A DNA stretch of 32,000 nt from Deinococcus radiodurans R1 = ATCC 13939 = DSM 20539 (GCF_000008565.1 NC_001263.1:1760603-1792602), one strand, 5' to 3'. Shown: positions 18,845 to 28,025, counted from the first letter of the stretch. Notes: a model not told the origin generated them from the letters alone. Made by a program: numbers and translations.

Positions 18845-20491
18845 ATGCGTTTTCCTCTGTCCCGCACTCCGATCCCCCGCGCGGTCCGCTTGCGCCTGGA
18901 ATCGGGCCGGGTGGTGGTGCTCAGCGTGCTGCTCGGCGGCGTGGTGGGAGCACTGTGCATTTTGCTGCGGCTGCTGCTCGACCTGCTGCGCCCGGTGGGG
19001 GCTTGGCTGAGCAGCTACGCGCCGCCCGGCACCCCCGGCGAGGGCGGGTTGCTGATGGCGTTCGGCCACGTCTCGCCCTTGCTGCTGCTGGTGCTGCCGC
19101 TGGCGGGCGCGGCTTATACCTGGCTGGTGCCCGCCGTGCCGGGCGGCGCCTTTGCCCAACTGGTGCGCGGTGCCCATCACTCTCAGCGCGGCGAAGGCTG
19201 GCCGGACCCCCGCACCCAGGCCCGCACGCTGCTGGGCACGCTGCTGGCGTATGTCAGCGGGCTGCTGGTGGGACGCGACTCGCTGTTCGTGCTGCTGGGC
19301 CAACTCGGCACGCGAGTGCTGGGCAGCCTGACCCGGCTGGATGCGGGCGAACTGCGGATGCTAATGCTCGCCGGGGCCGCCGCCGGGCTGGGTGCTGTAC
19401 TGCATGCACCGCTGGCCGCCGCCGTGCTGGTGGCGGAAGTGCTGTATCGCCGCTTCGAGTTCGAATTCGAGGTGCTGATGCCCTGCGTGCTGGCGGCAGT
19501 AGCGAGCTACGCGGTTTACGGGCTCGCCTTTGGATTCGCGCCGCTGCTGCGTATTCCCTACGGTGGACAACTCCCGCCGCTGACACAGGCTCCCGCGCTC
19601 GCGGCGGTGGCGCTGGTCGTCACGGCGGCGGGGTGGCTGCTCCTACACGCCTGTCGCTTGCTGCCCGCGTCGCTCACCGACGGGCGCTGGCGGCCCGTGC
19701 TGGGCGCGGTGTTTGGTCTGGCGACGGCAGGGATCGCGCTACTGGCGACGCCGACGGTGCTGGGCGATGGCTCCGGCTGGATGCAGGTGGGCCTGAGCGG
19801 CTTCATGGGCGCCGACGCCGGAGCGCAGGGGCTGTGGCGCTGGCTGCTGCTTGCGCTGGGGGCGCGACTCGCCTTCGGGGGAAGCGTGCTGCCGACAGTG
19901 GGCATCGGCGGGCTGCTGGGCGTGGGCCTGAGCCAGGTGCTGCACACTGACCCGGCGGTGGCGGGGCTGATCGGCGCCGTCGCCTTCCTGACCGTGACCC
20001 TTAACGTGCCGCTCGGCGCCACCTTGCTCGCGGTGGCCTGGGGCGGCGACACCATGCTGCCGCTCGCGCTGCTGGCGGCGGGCCTGGCCCACGCGATCAG
20101 CGGCGAACCCGGCATCATCCCCGGACAGCTGCGCTCGCGGGCCGACAGTGCCCTGCCCGCGCCCGCGAGCGGCCTGGCGTTGCCGAACACGGTGCGGGCT
20201 CTGCCCCGCCGCCCAGTACAGACTGCTGGCACGCCGTATCTGCCCGACACTGGCATCGACCAGAACGGCAGGCAGCTGTACCGCCGCCCTGTACCGAGCA
20301 ACTGGCGGGGGGCCAAGCTCAAGCTGCTGGCCCTTCCCCCCGCCGTGGAAGTGGTGGGCGTCCTGCGCGGCGGCGCGGTGCAGTTGCCACGCCCCGAACT
20401 CCGGCTGACCGACGGCGACGAGCTGATTTTCCTGGCCCAGCCGGAAGCCTACGCCAGCCTGGAAAACATGCTGCGGCTGCCGGGCGCTTGA
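18845..20491 (+). CDS. CLC-family chloride channel/transporter homologue with a C-terminal TrkA-C (RCK_C) domain
   Basis: CLC-like blocks are GRDSLFVLLG (position of GK/REGP), GAVLHAPLAAAVLVAEVL and GGSVLPTVGIGGLLGVG. The C-terminal segment VEVVGVLRGGAVQLPRPELRLTDGDELIFLAQPE is TrkA-C-like. Confidence 0.82.
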   Translation: MRFPLSRTPIPRAVRLRLESGRVVVLSVLLGGVVGALCILLRLLLDLLRPVGAWLSSYAPPGTPGEGGLLMAFGHVSPLLLLVLPLAGAAYTWLVPAVPGGAFAQLVRGAHHSQRGEGWPDPRTQARTLLGTLLAYVSGLLVGRDSLFVLLGQLGTRVLGSLTRLDAGELRMLMLAGAAAGLGAVLHAPLAAAVLVAEVLYRRFEFEFEVLMPCVLAAVASYAVYGLAFGFAPLLRIPYGGQLPPLTQAPALAAVALVVTAAGWLLLHACRLLPASLTDGRWRPVLGAVFGLATAGIALLATPTVLGDGSGWMQVGLSGFMGADAGAQGLWRWLLLALGARLAFGGSVLPTVGIGGLLGVGLSQVLHTDPAVAGLIGAVAFLTVTLNVPLGATLLAVAWGGDTMLPLALLAAGLAHAISGEPGIIPGQLRSRADSALPAPASGLALPNTVRALPRRPVQTAGTPYLPDTGIDQNGRQLYRRPVPSNWRGAKLKLLALPPAVEVVGVLRGGAVQLPRPELRLTDGDELIFLAQPEAYASLENMLRLPGA

Positions 20492-20535
20492 AACGCTGAG
20501 ACGTTTCAGGCGCTCAGGCAGCCGCGCCGAGGCAT

Positions 20536-20563
20536 AAAAAAAGCCCGCCTAGAGCAGGCGGGT
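20536..20563 (-). terminator. Intrinsic terminator downstream of tRNA-Ala
   Basis: On the minus strand the stem acccgcc / ggcgggc (with one G-U pair) has a 7-nt loop and is followed by T7 (complement of A 20536-20542). Confidence 0.65.
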
Positions 20564-20566
20564 GGG

Positions 20567-20642
<76 letters not shown>

Positions 20643-20722
20643 GAATCAAACGGCCCCAAATCGGGCGAGAGAGACTGTACCACGCGCAGGGTGACGGCGC
20701 AAGGGGCAACGGCGGCCCCCTC

Positions 20723-21328
20723 TCACTGCACGTCGATCACGATCATGCCGTCTTGCAGGTAAGCCCGCTCGGCGCGCTCGGTGCGGTCAGTGCGGCGCAT
20801 GTTGCTGCTGCCCTCCGGCGCGCGCGCCACGGCGTCGCCAATGCGAATCTGAGCACTGGCGATGGGCCGCGCCCACACGATGGGGTCGGGATGGGTGCCG
20901 CCGTACCCGGCATGGACGACCCCACGCAGCGCCCCGGCCACGATCACGTCGCCCGCCGCGATCAGCTCGGCGCCGGGATTGACATCGCCCAGCACGACTA
21001 CGCTGCCCCGGTACTCGCCGCGAAAGCCCGCCCGCACGCTGTGGGGCACGATCACGGTCTGGGCACTCGTGACCGGCTCAGCCGCCACCGACGCGGGCAT
21101 GTTGACCGTCAGGCGCGGCGCGCGGACCCGGCCCAGGGTCCCGCCGGCCTCGCGCACGCCTTGCAGAGCCGCTTCGACCGCTTCGGGGTGAGTGTCGCCC
21201 TGAATTTCCACCGTGATCTGGGCCGTGAGCATCTGCCGGTAGGTCTGGAGCGAGCGGCGCACGGTTTCGCCGGTATCGCCAGGTTCGAGCAGGAGGTTCA
21301 GTCCCCCCAGGGTGCCTCGGAGCTTCAT
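20723..21328 (-). CDS. minC: Septum site-determining protein MinC
   Basis: The C-terminal beta-helix pattern is [32 protein letters not shown], and the N-terminal segment is [14 protein letters not shown]. Confidence 0.82.
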   Translation of the reverse strand: MKLRGTLGGLNLLLEPGDTGETVRRSLQTYRQMLTAQITVEIQGDTHPEAVEAALQGVREAGGTLGRVRAPRLTVNMPASVAAEPVTSAQTVIVPHSVRAGFRGEYRGSVVVLGDVNPGAELIAAGDVIVAGALRGVVHAGYGGTHPDPIVWARPIASAQIRIGDAVARAPEGSSNMRRTDRTERAERAYLQDGMIVIDVQ

Positions 21329-21557
21329 ATCCCTCAGTCTAGAGCAGGCGCACGGCCTGAGAGATGCAGGGACAGGTGGGGGGACTCTCCCCTTTCATTG
21401 CCCTCTACCCAGGATGCGAACAGGAAGGGTCGTTTTGCAAGGCGGCAACAGGGCACCCCGCTCCAAAAATTCAAGCCATAGAAATTCTAATTCTAAATGC
21501 ATAGACCCGGAGCAATCGTGTAGACTCGCCCCATGCCTTTTGAGGAGAAAACTCTTG

Positions 21558-21941
21558 GTGCAGCTTGATTCTGGTGCCGTCGCGGAAGGCCGCATCACTC
21601 GCGTCACCGACTTCGGCGCGTTCGTTCAGTTCGAGAACGGCGAAACAGGACTGGTTCACATCTCGCAAATCGCGCACTCGTTCGTGCGCAACATTCACGA
21701 CCACGTGCGTGAAGGCGAGAATGTCGAGGTCAAGGTGCTGGGGCGCGACGAGCGCGGACGCCTCGACCTGTCCATCAAGGAACTGCTGGAGGAGCCTGAG
21801 GAAGTGCCCCGCCCCCGCGCCATTGGCCGGCAGAGCCCGCAGTTCGAAGCCAAGCTGCGCTCGTTCATGCGTGACGCCAAGGAACGCGGCCCCGGCAGCG
21901 GTGGCGGCGGCAAAAAGCCCGCAGGCAAGCGCAAGAAGTAA
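21558..21941 (+). CDS. S1 RNA-binding domain protein (YabR / general-stress-protein-13-like) with a Lys/Gly-rich tail
   Basis: I chose the GTG at 21558 (a TTG at 21555 is also possible), 10 nt after GAGGAG. The S1 fold pattern is GRITRVTDFGAFVQFENGETGLVHISQIA...GENVEVKVLGRDERGRLDLS. Confidence 0.8.
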   Translation: MQLDSGAVAEGRITRVTDFGAFVQFENGETGLVHISQIAHSFVRNIHDHVREGENVEVKVLGRDERGRLDLSIKELLEEPEEVPRPRAIGRQSPQFEAKLRSFMRDAKERGPGSGGGGKKPAGKRKK

Positions 21942-21951
21942 GCAGGCCAAC

Positions 21952-21984
21952 ATCCCCACGTCCGTCAACCGGGTGGGGATTTTT
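21952..21984 (+). terminator. Intrinsic terminator of the S1-domain gene
   Basis: A perfect 8-bp stem atccccac / gtggggat has a 13-nt loop and is followed by TTTT. Confidence 0.7.
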
Positions 21985-22004
21985 CGTGACCCGTGAGGGT
22001 CAAA

Positions 22005-22038
22005 AAAGGGCCGCTTCCACGCAGGAGGCGGCCCCTTT
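22005..22038 (-). terminator. Intrinsic terminator of the 22048-22935 gene
   Basis: The stem is aaagggccgc / gcggccc(c)ttt. On the minus strand the 3' arm runs into TTTTTT. Confidence 0.6.
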
Positions 22039-22047
22039 GCTTGACCC

Positions 22048-22935
22048 TTACTCGCCGTTCTGACGGTAGCCGGTTGCCACCCAGCCGCAGCCGCTGCGCG
22101 AGAGGGTTACCACACCGCTGTAGGTGCCGCTCACCGGCTCGCCGTTGGTGCGGTTGGTCGCCCGCAGGGTGATGGTGCCGGTCACGGTGGCGCTGTTGCC
22201 GTTGACGTTGGCATTGCCCACCGAGATGTCGTAGCTGACGTTGCTGTAGATGGCGCTGTAGGCCGTTGCCGCCGAGGACAGGGCGCTGCGGGCCGCCGCG
22301 TCCGCCGCGCTGCGGGCCGCCGCCGCGTCGGCTTCGGGGCTGACGTTGCACTGCGTCGGGGCGGGAGCGCCGCCACTGCCGCCCGTGCCGCTGCCGCTCG
22401 CGTCCACGTTCAGGCCGCCCGTGCCGGGGGCGCTGATGTTGCTCGGGCGGCTCTCGCCACCGCTGATTTCGTTGAGGTTCACGCCGCGCCAGACATAGTT
22501 GAGGCCCAGAGCAAAGCGGGGCGCGGTCAGCCCACCGATGATGGTGCTGCGGTGCGACACGCCGCCTTCCAGGTAAGCCTCGACCGGCACCAGCGGAATG
22601 CCGTAGCGAACGCCCACGCCGCCATAGATGCTGGGATTGCCGTTCGGCTGCGACACCGCGCCGAGCTGGCCGTAAGCGTTGAGCGTGAGCGACTGGTAAA
22701 AGTCCACCGTCAGGCCACCGCCAAACGCCCCGGCGCCAGATTCGCCCTGCACGTTGCTGGTGCAGTACGAGCCCTGGATGTACCCGCCGAAACGGCCTTC
22801 CTGTACGCCCGCGCGCACGCCCGCCACTTCACAGCCGAGGGTGGCGCTGGTGTTCAGGCCCAGGCGCACGTCGGCGGCGCTGGCGGTTCCGGCCACCAGG
22901 GCCGTGAGCATCGTCCACTGAAGAAGTCTTTTCAT
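22048..22935 (-). CDS. Putative outer-membrane beta-barrel protein fused to a Gly/Ser linker and a C-terminal globular domain
   Basis: I chose the ATG at 22935 (signal peptide MKRLLQWTMLTALVAGTASA). The first part (about 150 aa) is Gly/aromatic-rich with alternating strands and ends ALGLNYVW. It is followed by GTGGLNVDASGSGTGGSGG and then a domain of about 100 aa with two Cys. The upstream part of the track ORF is a translated repeat. Confidence 0.6.
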   Translation of the reverse strand: MKRLLQWTMLTALVAGTASAADVRLGLNTSATLGCEVAGVRAGVQEGRFGGYIQGSYCTSNVQGESGAGAFGGGLTVDFYQSLTLNAYGQLGAVSQPNGNPSIYGGVGVRYGIPLVPVEAYLEGGVSHRSTIIGGLTAPRFALGLNYVWRGVNLNEISGGESRPSNISAPGTGGLNVDASGSGTGGSGGAPAPTQCNVSPEADAAAARSAADAAARSALSSAATAYSAIYSNVSYDISVGNANVNGNSATVTGTITLRATNRTNGEPVSGTYSGVVTLSRSGCGWVATGYRQNGE

Positions 22936-22993
22936 CGCTTCAGGTTGTAACACGTCCGCCTCGCCGCTGGCTGATGACAGCTCATACCACTTT

Positions 22994-23129
22994 GAAAAAT
23001 AGTTTGGATCATCAAACTCTTTTTCCGAACGGGGTGAGTAAAAGAAAATACGGAGCTGAGCGGCGCGGAAGAGATGGCGGCGCTTTTCCGCCATCTCTGA
23101 AGAAGAGTTCAGCTCCGTACCACATACTG
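22994..23129. repeat. Double-hairpin small non-coding repeat (family 4), copy 1
   Basis: This copy is near-identical to the reverse complement of 31296-31431. Hairpin 1 is aaaaatagtttg...caaactcttttt. Hairpin 2 is tacggagctga...tcagctccgta, enclosing gagatggcgg/ccgccatctc. Confidence 0.85.
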
Positions 23130-23154
23130 CTGTCCCTGGCCTTTATCCACTCCT

Positions 23155-24480
23155 TTACTGCTGGTCTTGCGGGAAACGGAACGCCTGCAAGGTGACCTCG
23201 ACCTCGCGGGTTTTGCCGCCCCGGCGCACCGTCAGGCGCAGCGGCTGGCCCTCGCCGGTCGCCAGCACGGCTTCTTGCAGGCTGCCCGCGTCTTCGAGCG
23301 GCTGGCCGTTCACCGCTGTAATCAGGTCACCGTCGGTCGAGATGCTGGACGTGCCCTGGGCCGAGGGAAGCGACAGTTTGCCGTTATTGCCGCCGCGCAG
23401 GCCCGCTGCCGCCGCCGGGCTGCCGGGGTAGACCTTCTGAAGCAGGGCGCCGCTGCTCGGGAGGCCCGCCGCTTTGAGCTGCTGGGGGGGCAGGCTGCTG
23501 AGATCGCTGAACACCACACCCAAGCTGGGCGGCGAAACGACGCCTCCCTTGCCTGCCTGAAGCTGCGGCAGCAGGCGCTTGACGGTGTTGATGGGAATGG
23601 CGAAACCCACCCCGGCGCTCTGGCCCGCGCCGCCGGTCAGAATCTGGGTGTTGACCCCGATGACCTGGCCTGCGCTGGAGAGCAGCGGCCCGCCCGAGTT
23701 GCCGGGGTTGATGGCCGCGTCGGTCTGGATGACCGGCTGCGACACCTCGCGGCTGCCCACCGGCACCTGCCGTTCGAGGCTGGAAATGATGCCTTCGGAC
23801 ACCGAAAAGTCGAGGTTGAAGGGCGCGCCCATCGCAATCGCCTTGAGGCCCACGTCCAGCTTGTCCGAGTCGCCGAGGGGGAGCGGCTTGATGCTGGCAC
23901 GCGGCACCCCCTCGGCACGAATCAGCGCGAGGTCGTAGTCGGGAGCGCGGGCAATGACCTTCGCCTTGTAAGTCTGCTTGCCGCCGTGCAGCCGGATGGT
24001 GATGTCGCTGGCGCCGTCCACGACGTGGTTGTTCGTCACGATGTCGCCCTGGGCATTGACGAAAAAGCCGCTGCCGGTGCCCGTCGCCGGTGCTCCGCCT
24101 CCCTGGTCCTCGGGCAGCGCGAACCCGAACTGGTCTTGCAACTTCTGCCGCATCTGCGCCTCGGCGCTGCCGGTGTCGGCCTCGGTGACCGAGATGTAGA
24201 CCAGCCCGTCTTGCCGCTCCTTGACCACCTGCACGGTGTTGGCTTCGGACTCGGTGCGCGCGCGGCCCGCGTCGTAGGACGTGGCAGGCGTCCCGGCGCG
24301 AGTCTGAACCAGTGTTCCCTGCTCCACCGCAGTCTGGGAAGCCGCGTTCTGGGCGGTGGTCTGCTGCACCGTCGCCGTCGGCTGCGAGTCCAGCGCGCCG
24401 CGTTCCTTCGCCTGATAGCCGAGGAGGCCACCGAGGGCCAGCGTGCCGGTGAGGGCCAGAATCGAGAGGTTCCTGTTCAT
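23155..24480 (-). CDS. HtrA/DegP-family serine protease with PDZ domain
   Basis: The catalytic triad contexts are TNNHVV (His), YDLALIR (Asp) and GNSGGPLL (Ser). The protein has an N-terminal signal/anchor and a C-terminal PDZ-like region. Confidence 0.92.
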   Translation of the reverse strand: MNRNLSILALTGTLALGGLLGYQAKERGALDSQPTATVQQTTAQNAASQTAVEQGTLVQTRAGTPATSYDAGRARTESEANTVQVVKERQDGLVYISVTEADTGSAEAQMRQKLQDQFGFALPEDQGGGAPATGTGSGFFVNAQGDIVTNNHVVDGASDITIRLHGGKQTYKAKVIARAPDYDLALIRAEGVPRASIKPLPLGDSDKLDVGLKAIAMGAPFNLDFSVSEGIISSLERQVPVGSREVSQPVIQTDAAINPGNSGGPLLSSAGQVIGVNTQILTGGAGQSAGVGFAIPINTVKRLLPQLQAGKGGVVSPPSLGVVFSDLSSLPPQQLKAAGLPSSGALLQKVYPGSPAAAAGLRGGNNGKLSLPSAQGTSSISTDGDLITAVNGQPLEDAGSLQEAVLATGEGQPLRLTVRRGGKTREVEVTLQAFRFPQDQQ

Positions 24481-24541
24481 GAGATCAGGGTGGAGCGGGA
24501 CGGTTACAGGGCGGTTAAAACAGACTCAACTGGGCCGCCGG

Positions 24542-25528
24542 TCAGACCCGGTTCGTGTGATACAGCCGCTCGTGACCAGCGGCGCAGACCACCCGAAATT
24601 CTGCGCCCTTTTTACGGAGGCGGGCAGGGGCGTCGCACTCGTTGCAACTCACTTTGATGGGCGTATTCCCGCCGCATCGCGCGCACTTGATGTAATAGCT
24701 GTGCGCGTACTCGATAGAAATGTCCGTTGACTGGCAGTGCCGGCAACGAGGCGGCTCCTGAGATTCGGAAGCTGGCGCTGTAGCGTCGGCCCTCGGCGCT
24801 GCTGGTGCGTCTGGGGTGCGCCCTAACGCTGGGTTTCCCACAGCTTCTCGCGTGGTTGGCGAGAGGGGCATGTCAGCAGCGTCAGCTGTCTGAGATTGCG
24901 TTGGGGCCGTCGTCGGTACATGACGCGACAACAGAAAATCGCGCACTCGGTGCAATTCCGTGTCCGTGAAATAGAAATTACCCTGCTTACGCGCCTGCTC
25001 GACGGTCTCGCGGATACGGTCAGGCACCTGATCGGCTTTGACGACTTCGGGCACGTCCAGCTTGCGGGTAATGCGGCCCCCATCGGAAATTGCCACCAGC
25101 ACGTCACGGCGCATGCCACTCAGCGTTCGCTGACGCAGGCCCAGGAAGCCCTTTTCCATCAGCTCCGTTTCGTGTTTCTGCATCAGCGCCCCCAGCAGAT
25201 CAAGCTGCCGCCGCGCCTGAAGCACAGGCGAGGGCATGCCCCGGCCCTGGCGGTTCCACCAGCGGGTCCATTCGCCGTGTTCATTGACCGCGACTTCCCC
25301 GGCGACACTCTTGCTTTCCACTACGATCAGCCCGCAGCGGTGAAGAATCAGGTGGTCGAGCTGCGCCGTTTCATCGCGGCGCTGAATCCGCAGGTTGTTG
25401 AAGACGAACTTGTACGGGTCGTCCTCGAAGGCCCGCTTGAGGTAATGCGCCAGCTGGGACTCCGCTTCATGGCCCGCCCGCCGCAGTGAATCGGAAAATG
25501 TCTGAGGTTCGAGCGCTTTGACAATCAT
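24542..25528 (-). CDS. NERD-domain protein with C-terminal double zinc ribbon
   Basis: The NERD pattern is GHEAESQLAHYLKR...NNLRI...QLDHLILHRCGLIVVESK (a D...ExK nuclease-like core). The C-terminus is CRHCQS...CARCGG...CNECDA...CAAGH. Confidence 0.78.
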   Translation of the reverse strand: MIVKALEPQTFSDSLRRAGHEAESQLAHYLKRAFEDDPYKFVFNNLRIQRRDETAQLDHLILHRCGLIVVESKSVAGEVAVNEHGEWTRWWNRQGRGMPSPVLQARRQLDLLGALMQKHETELMEKGFLGLRQRTLSGMRRDVLVAISDGGRITRKLDVPEVVKADQVPDRIRETVEQARKQGNFYFTDTELHRVRDFLLSRHVPTTAPTQSQTADAADMPLSPTTREAVGNPALGRTPDAPAAPRADATAPASESQEPPRCRHCQSTDISIEYAHSYYIKCARCGGNTPIKVSCNECDAPARLRKKGAEFRVVCAAGHERLYHTNRV

Positions 25529-25582
25529 GACGGGCCCAGCTTAAAGCGCTGCTGTTCACAAGGCTCTTATCGCGTCACGCCC

Positions 25583-26722
25583 TCAGACTTCCGCCGCCCA
25601 GATGTCCTGGGGCGTCTCGCGGCGGCGCAGAAGTTGCCAGTCGTGCCCGGTCCACAGCACCTCGGCGGGGCGCGGGCGCGAAAGGTAAGTGCTGCTCATG
25701 CTGGCGCCGTAGGCCCCGGCTTCCCCGATAAGGAGCAAGTGCCCGCGCTGCGGCGTCGGCAGCGGCACGCCCCGTGCGATCAGGTCGCCGCTTTCACACG
25801 CCGGGCCCGCCACGTCCCAGACCTCGGTCGCCAGCGCGTCCCACATGGGATAAAGCGGATGCGACGCGCCGTAGAGCATGGGCCGCAGGAACTCGGTCAT
25901 GCCCGCGTCCACCAGGCAGAAGTTGCGCCCGGTGCGCTTGGTGCCGACCACCCGGGTGAGCAGCCAGCCCGCGCTCGCCACCAGATAACGCCCCGGCTCC
26001 ACCCACAGCTCGGCCCCGAAGACCCGCGCCGCCTCGTGCGCCTCGTAGGCGATGCCTTCCAGGTCAGCGTTCAGGCTCCAGCCGCCGCCCACGTTAAGCA
26101 CGCTCAGCCCGCCGATATGCGCCCGCAGCTCGGTGACGCGGGCAAACGCCGCCGTGAAGTCCTCGGCCTGCTCGATGGCGCTGCCGATGTGCATGTGCAG
26201 CCCCAGCACCTCGTGCCCGGCGTCGCGCAACTCGGCGAGGGTGCCCGGCACCTGCTCCGGGGTCAGGCCGAACTTGCTGCGGGCAGTGCCGGTGGCGAGG
26301 TGTTCATGGGTGCTGACGGTCATGGCCGGGTTGACACGCACCAGCACCCGCGAGCCCGGCGGCAGCAGCACAACCTCTTCCTCGCGGTCCACCACGATGG
26401 TCGCGCCCAGCCGCGCCGCCGCCGCGTACTCGGCGTCACTCTTGGCGGGGCCGTTGAGAATCATGCGCTCGCCACCTGCGCCCGCCGCTTCGGCCCGCAG
26501 CAGTTCGCCCAGGCTGACGCACTCGAAACCCACGCCCGCCGCCGCGTAGCGCCGGAGCAGGTTCAGGTTGGGGTTGGCCTTCATGGCGTAGAAGATGCGC
26601 GCGTCCCCGAAGGCCCGCTGCACCCGCCACAGCGCCGCGTCGAGTTCTTCGGCGTCGTAGAGATACAGCGGCGTGCCGAAGCGTTGGGCGGCGTCTTGCA
26701 GGGCGTGGCGGGAAAGCGACAT
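25583..26722 (-). CDS. lysA: Diaminopimelate decarboxylase
   Basis: The motifs are the PLP-Lys motif FYAMKANPN, HEHLATGTARSKFG, NVGGGW, EPGR, CESGD and AGAYGASMSSTY. Confidence 0.87.
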   Translation of the reverse strand: MSLSRHALQDAAQRFGTPLYLYDAEELDAALWRVQRAFGDARIFYAMKANPNLNLLRRYAAAGVGFECVSLGELLRAEAAGAGGERMILNGPAKSDAEYAAAARLGATIVVDREEEVVLLPPGSRVLVRVNPAMTVSTHEHLATGTARSKFGLTPEQVPGTLAELRDAGHEVLGLHMHIGSAIEQAEDFTAAFARVTELRAHIGGLSVLNVGGGWSLNADLEGIAYEAHEAARVFGAELWVEPGRYLVASAGWLLTRVVGTKRTGRNFCLVDAGMTEFLRPMLYGASHPLYPMWDALATEVWDVAGPACESGDLIARGVPLPTPQRGHLLLIGEAGAYGASMSSTYLSRPRPAEVLWTGHDWQLLRRRETPQDIWAAEV

Positions 26723-26819
26723 GGCTCAGAGTGTAGCGGGGTCTTCAGTCTTGACTCCCGGTCTCACGGTCTCAGGCCCACATTCGCATGCCCGGCACTC
26801 TGCTACTCTCCCCAGCGCT

Positions 26820-27962
26820 ATGACGGCTTTTCCTGCGGCCCCCGACCTCGCCCCTCCCTCCCGCGCCGCGCAGGGGGAGCGGGTGCTGTGCGCCATGTCG
26901 GGCGGGGTGGACTCGTCGGTGACGGCTTCGTTGCTCAAGGAGCAGGGCTACCAGGTCATCGGCGCGATGATGCGTTTCTGGCCCGACGACAAGCGCACCG
27001 ACACCTTCGACTCGTGCTGCTCGCCCGACGCCGCTTATGAGGCCCGCCGGGTGGCCGAGCAGGTCGGCGTGCCGTTTTACCTGCTCGACTACCGCGAGCC
27101 GTTTCAGCGCCATATCGTCGGCCCCTTTCTGGAGGAGTACGCGCGGGGCCGCACGCCCAACCCCTGCGTGAACTGCAACACCAAGGTCAAGTTCGACGAA
27201 TTGGTGAAAAAGGCGAAGATGCTCGGCTGCCGCTACGTGGCGACCGGCCACTACGTCAAGCGGGTAGACAACGCCCAGGGCGAAGTCGAGTTTCATCGGG
27301 GCGACGACCCACGCAAGGACCAGACCTATTTCCTGTGGGGCACGCCGCGTGACGCGCTGCCGTACATCCTCTTTCCGGTGGGCGAGCTCGAAAAGCCCCA
27401 GGTGCGCGAAATCGCCGCCGAGCGCGGCCTGCTGACCGCCCAGAAGCCCGAGAGCCAGAACATCTGCTTCGTGCCGGGCAAGGTGCAGGATTTCGTGGCC
27501 GAGCATCTGCCCCAGGCGCAGGGCTACATCCGCGAAATTGCGACGGGCGAAGTGGTGGGCGAGCACCTCGGCACGCAGTTCTATACGCTGGGGCAGAAGA
27601 AGGGTCTGGGGCTGTACCAGTCGCACCGGGTGCGGCACGTGGTTCACCTTGACCCGGACAGCAACACCGTCTGGGTGGGCGATTACGACGACTGCCTGTG
27701 GACCGGCCTGAAAGCGACGGACGCGAATTACCTGCTCGACCTCGCCGAATTGCCGACTGAACTTGAGGTGCAGGTCCGCTACCGCACCGCGCCGGTGAAG
27801 GCCCACGTACTGCACGCTGACGCCGAGGGTTTCGAGCTCGAATTTGCCGAGCCTCAGTTCGCTGTCGCCCCCGGCCAGAGCGCAGTGCTCTACGCCGGGT
27901 CGCGCCTCCTCGGCGGCGGGCTGATTGCCGACCACGCGCGGGAGCTGCCAGCGCTGACCTGA
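26820..27962 (+). CDS. mnmA: tRNA 2-thiouridine(34) synthase
   Basis: I chose the ATG at 26820. The motifs are the PP-loop CAMSGGVDSSV, CCSPDAAYEARRV, RTPNPCVNCN, ATGHY and KDQTYFL. Confidence 0.93.
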   Translation: MTAFPAAPDLAPPSRAAQGERVLCAMSGGVDSSVTASLLKEQGYQVIGAMMRFWPDDKRTDTFDSCCSPDAAYEARRVAEQVGVPFYLLDYREPFQRHIVGPFLEEYARGRTPNPCVNCNTKVKFDELVKKAKMLGCRYVATGHYVKRVDNAQGEVEFHRGDDPRKDQTYFLWGTPRDALPYILFPVGELEKPQVREIAAERGLLTAQKPESQNICFVPGKVQDFVAEHLPQAQGYIREIATGEVVGEHLGTQFYTLGQKKGLGLYQSHRVRHVVHLDPDSNTVWVGDYDDCLWTGLKATDANYLLDLAELPTELEVQVRYRTAPVKAHVLHADAEGFELEFAEPQFAVAPGQSAVLYAGSRLLGGGLIADHARELPALT

Positions 27963-27981
27963 GGAGACCGGAACAATAAAA

Positions 27982-28017
27982 AGACCGGAGCGGCGTGACG
28001 GCTCCGGTCTCGGTTTT
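27982..28017 (+). terminator. Intrinsic terminator of mnmA
   Basis: A perfect 10-bp stem agaccggagc / gctccggtct has a 9-nt loop and is followed by cggTTTT. Confidence 0.75.
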
Positions 28018-28025
28018 CCCTCCTT

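Noticed and set aside
21338-21470. A possible degenerate small repeat in the minC / S1-gene divergent region (ctagagcaggcg ... gggactctcccctttcattgccctctacccagg).
   Set aside because: It shares only the CTAGAGCA octamer and a loose CCCTCT/ACCCAGG resemblance with the other families. That is too weak to call without a genome-wide alignment.
24481-26722. HtrA, NERD and lysA as a functional system or defence island.
   Set aside because: The genes share a strand but have unrelated, well-known functions, with 50-60 nt gaps. No partner genes typical of defence systems (ATPase, methylase, toxin-antitoxin pair) are present.
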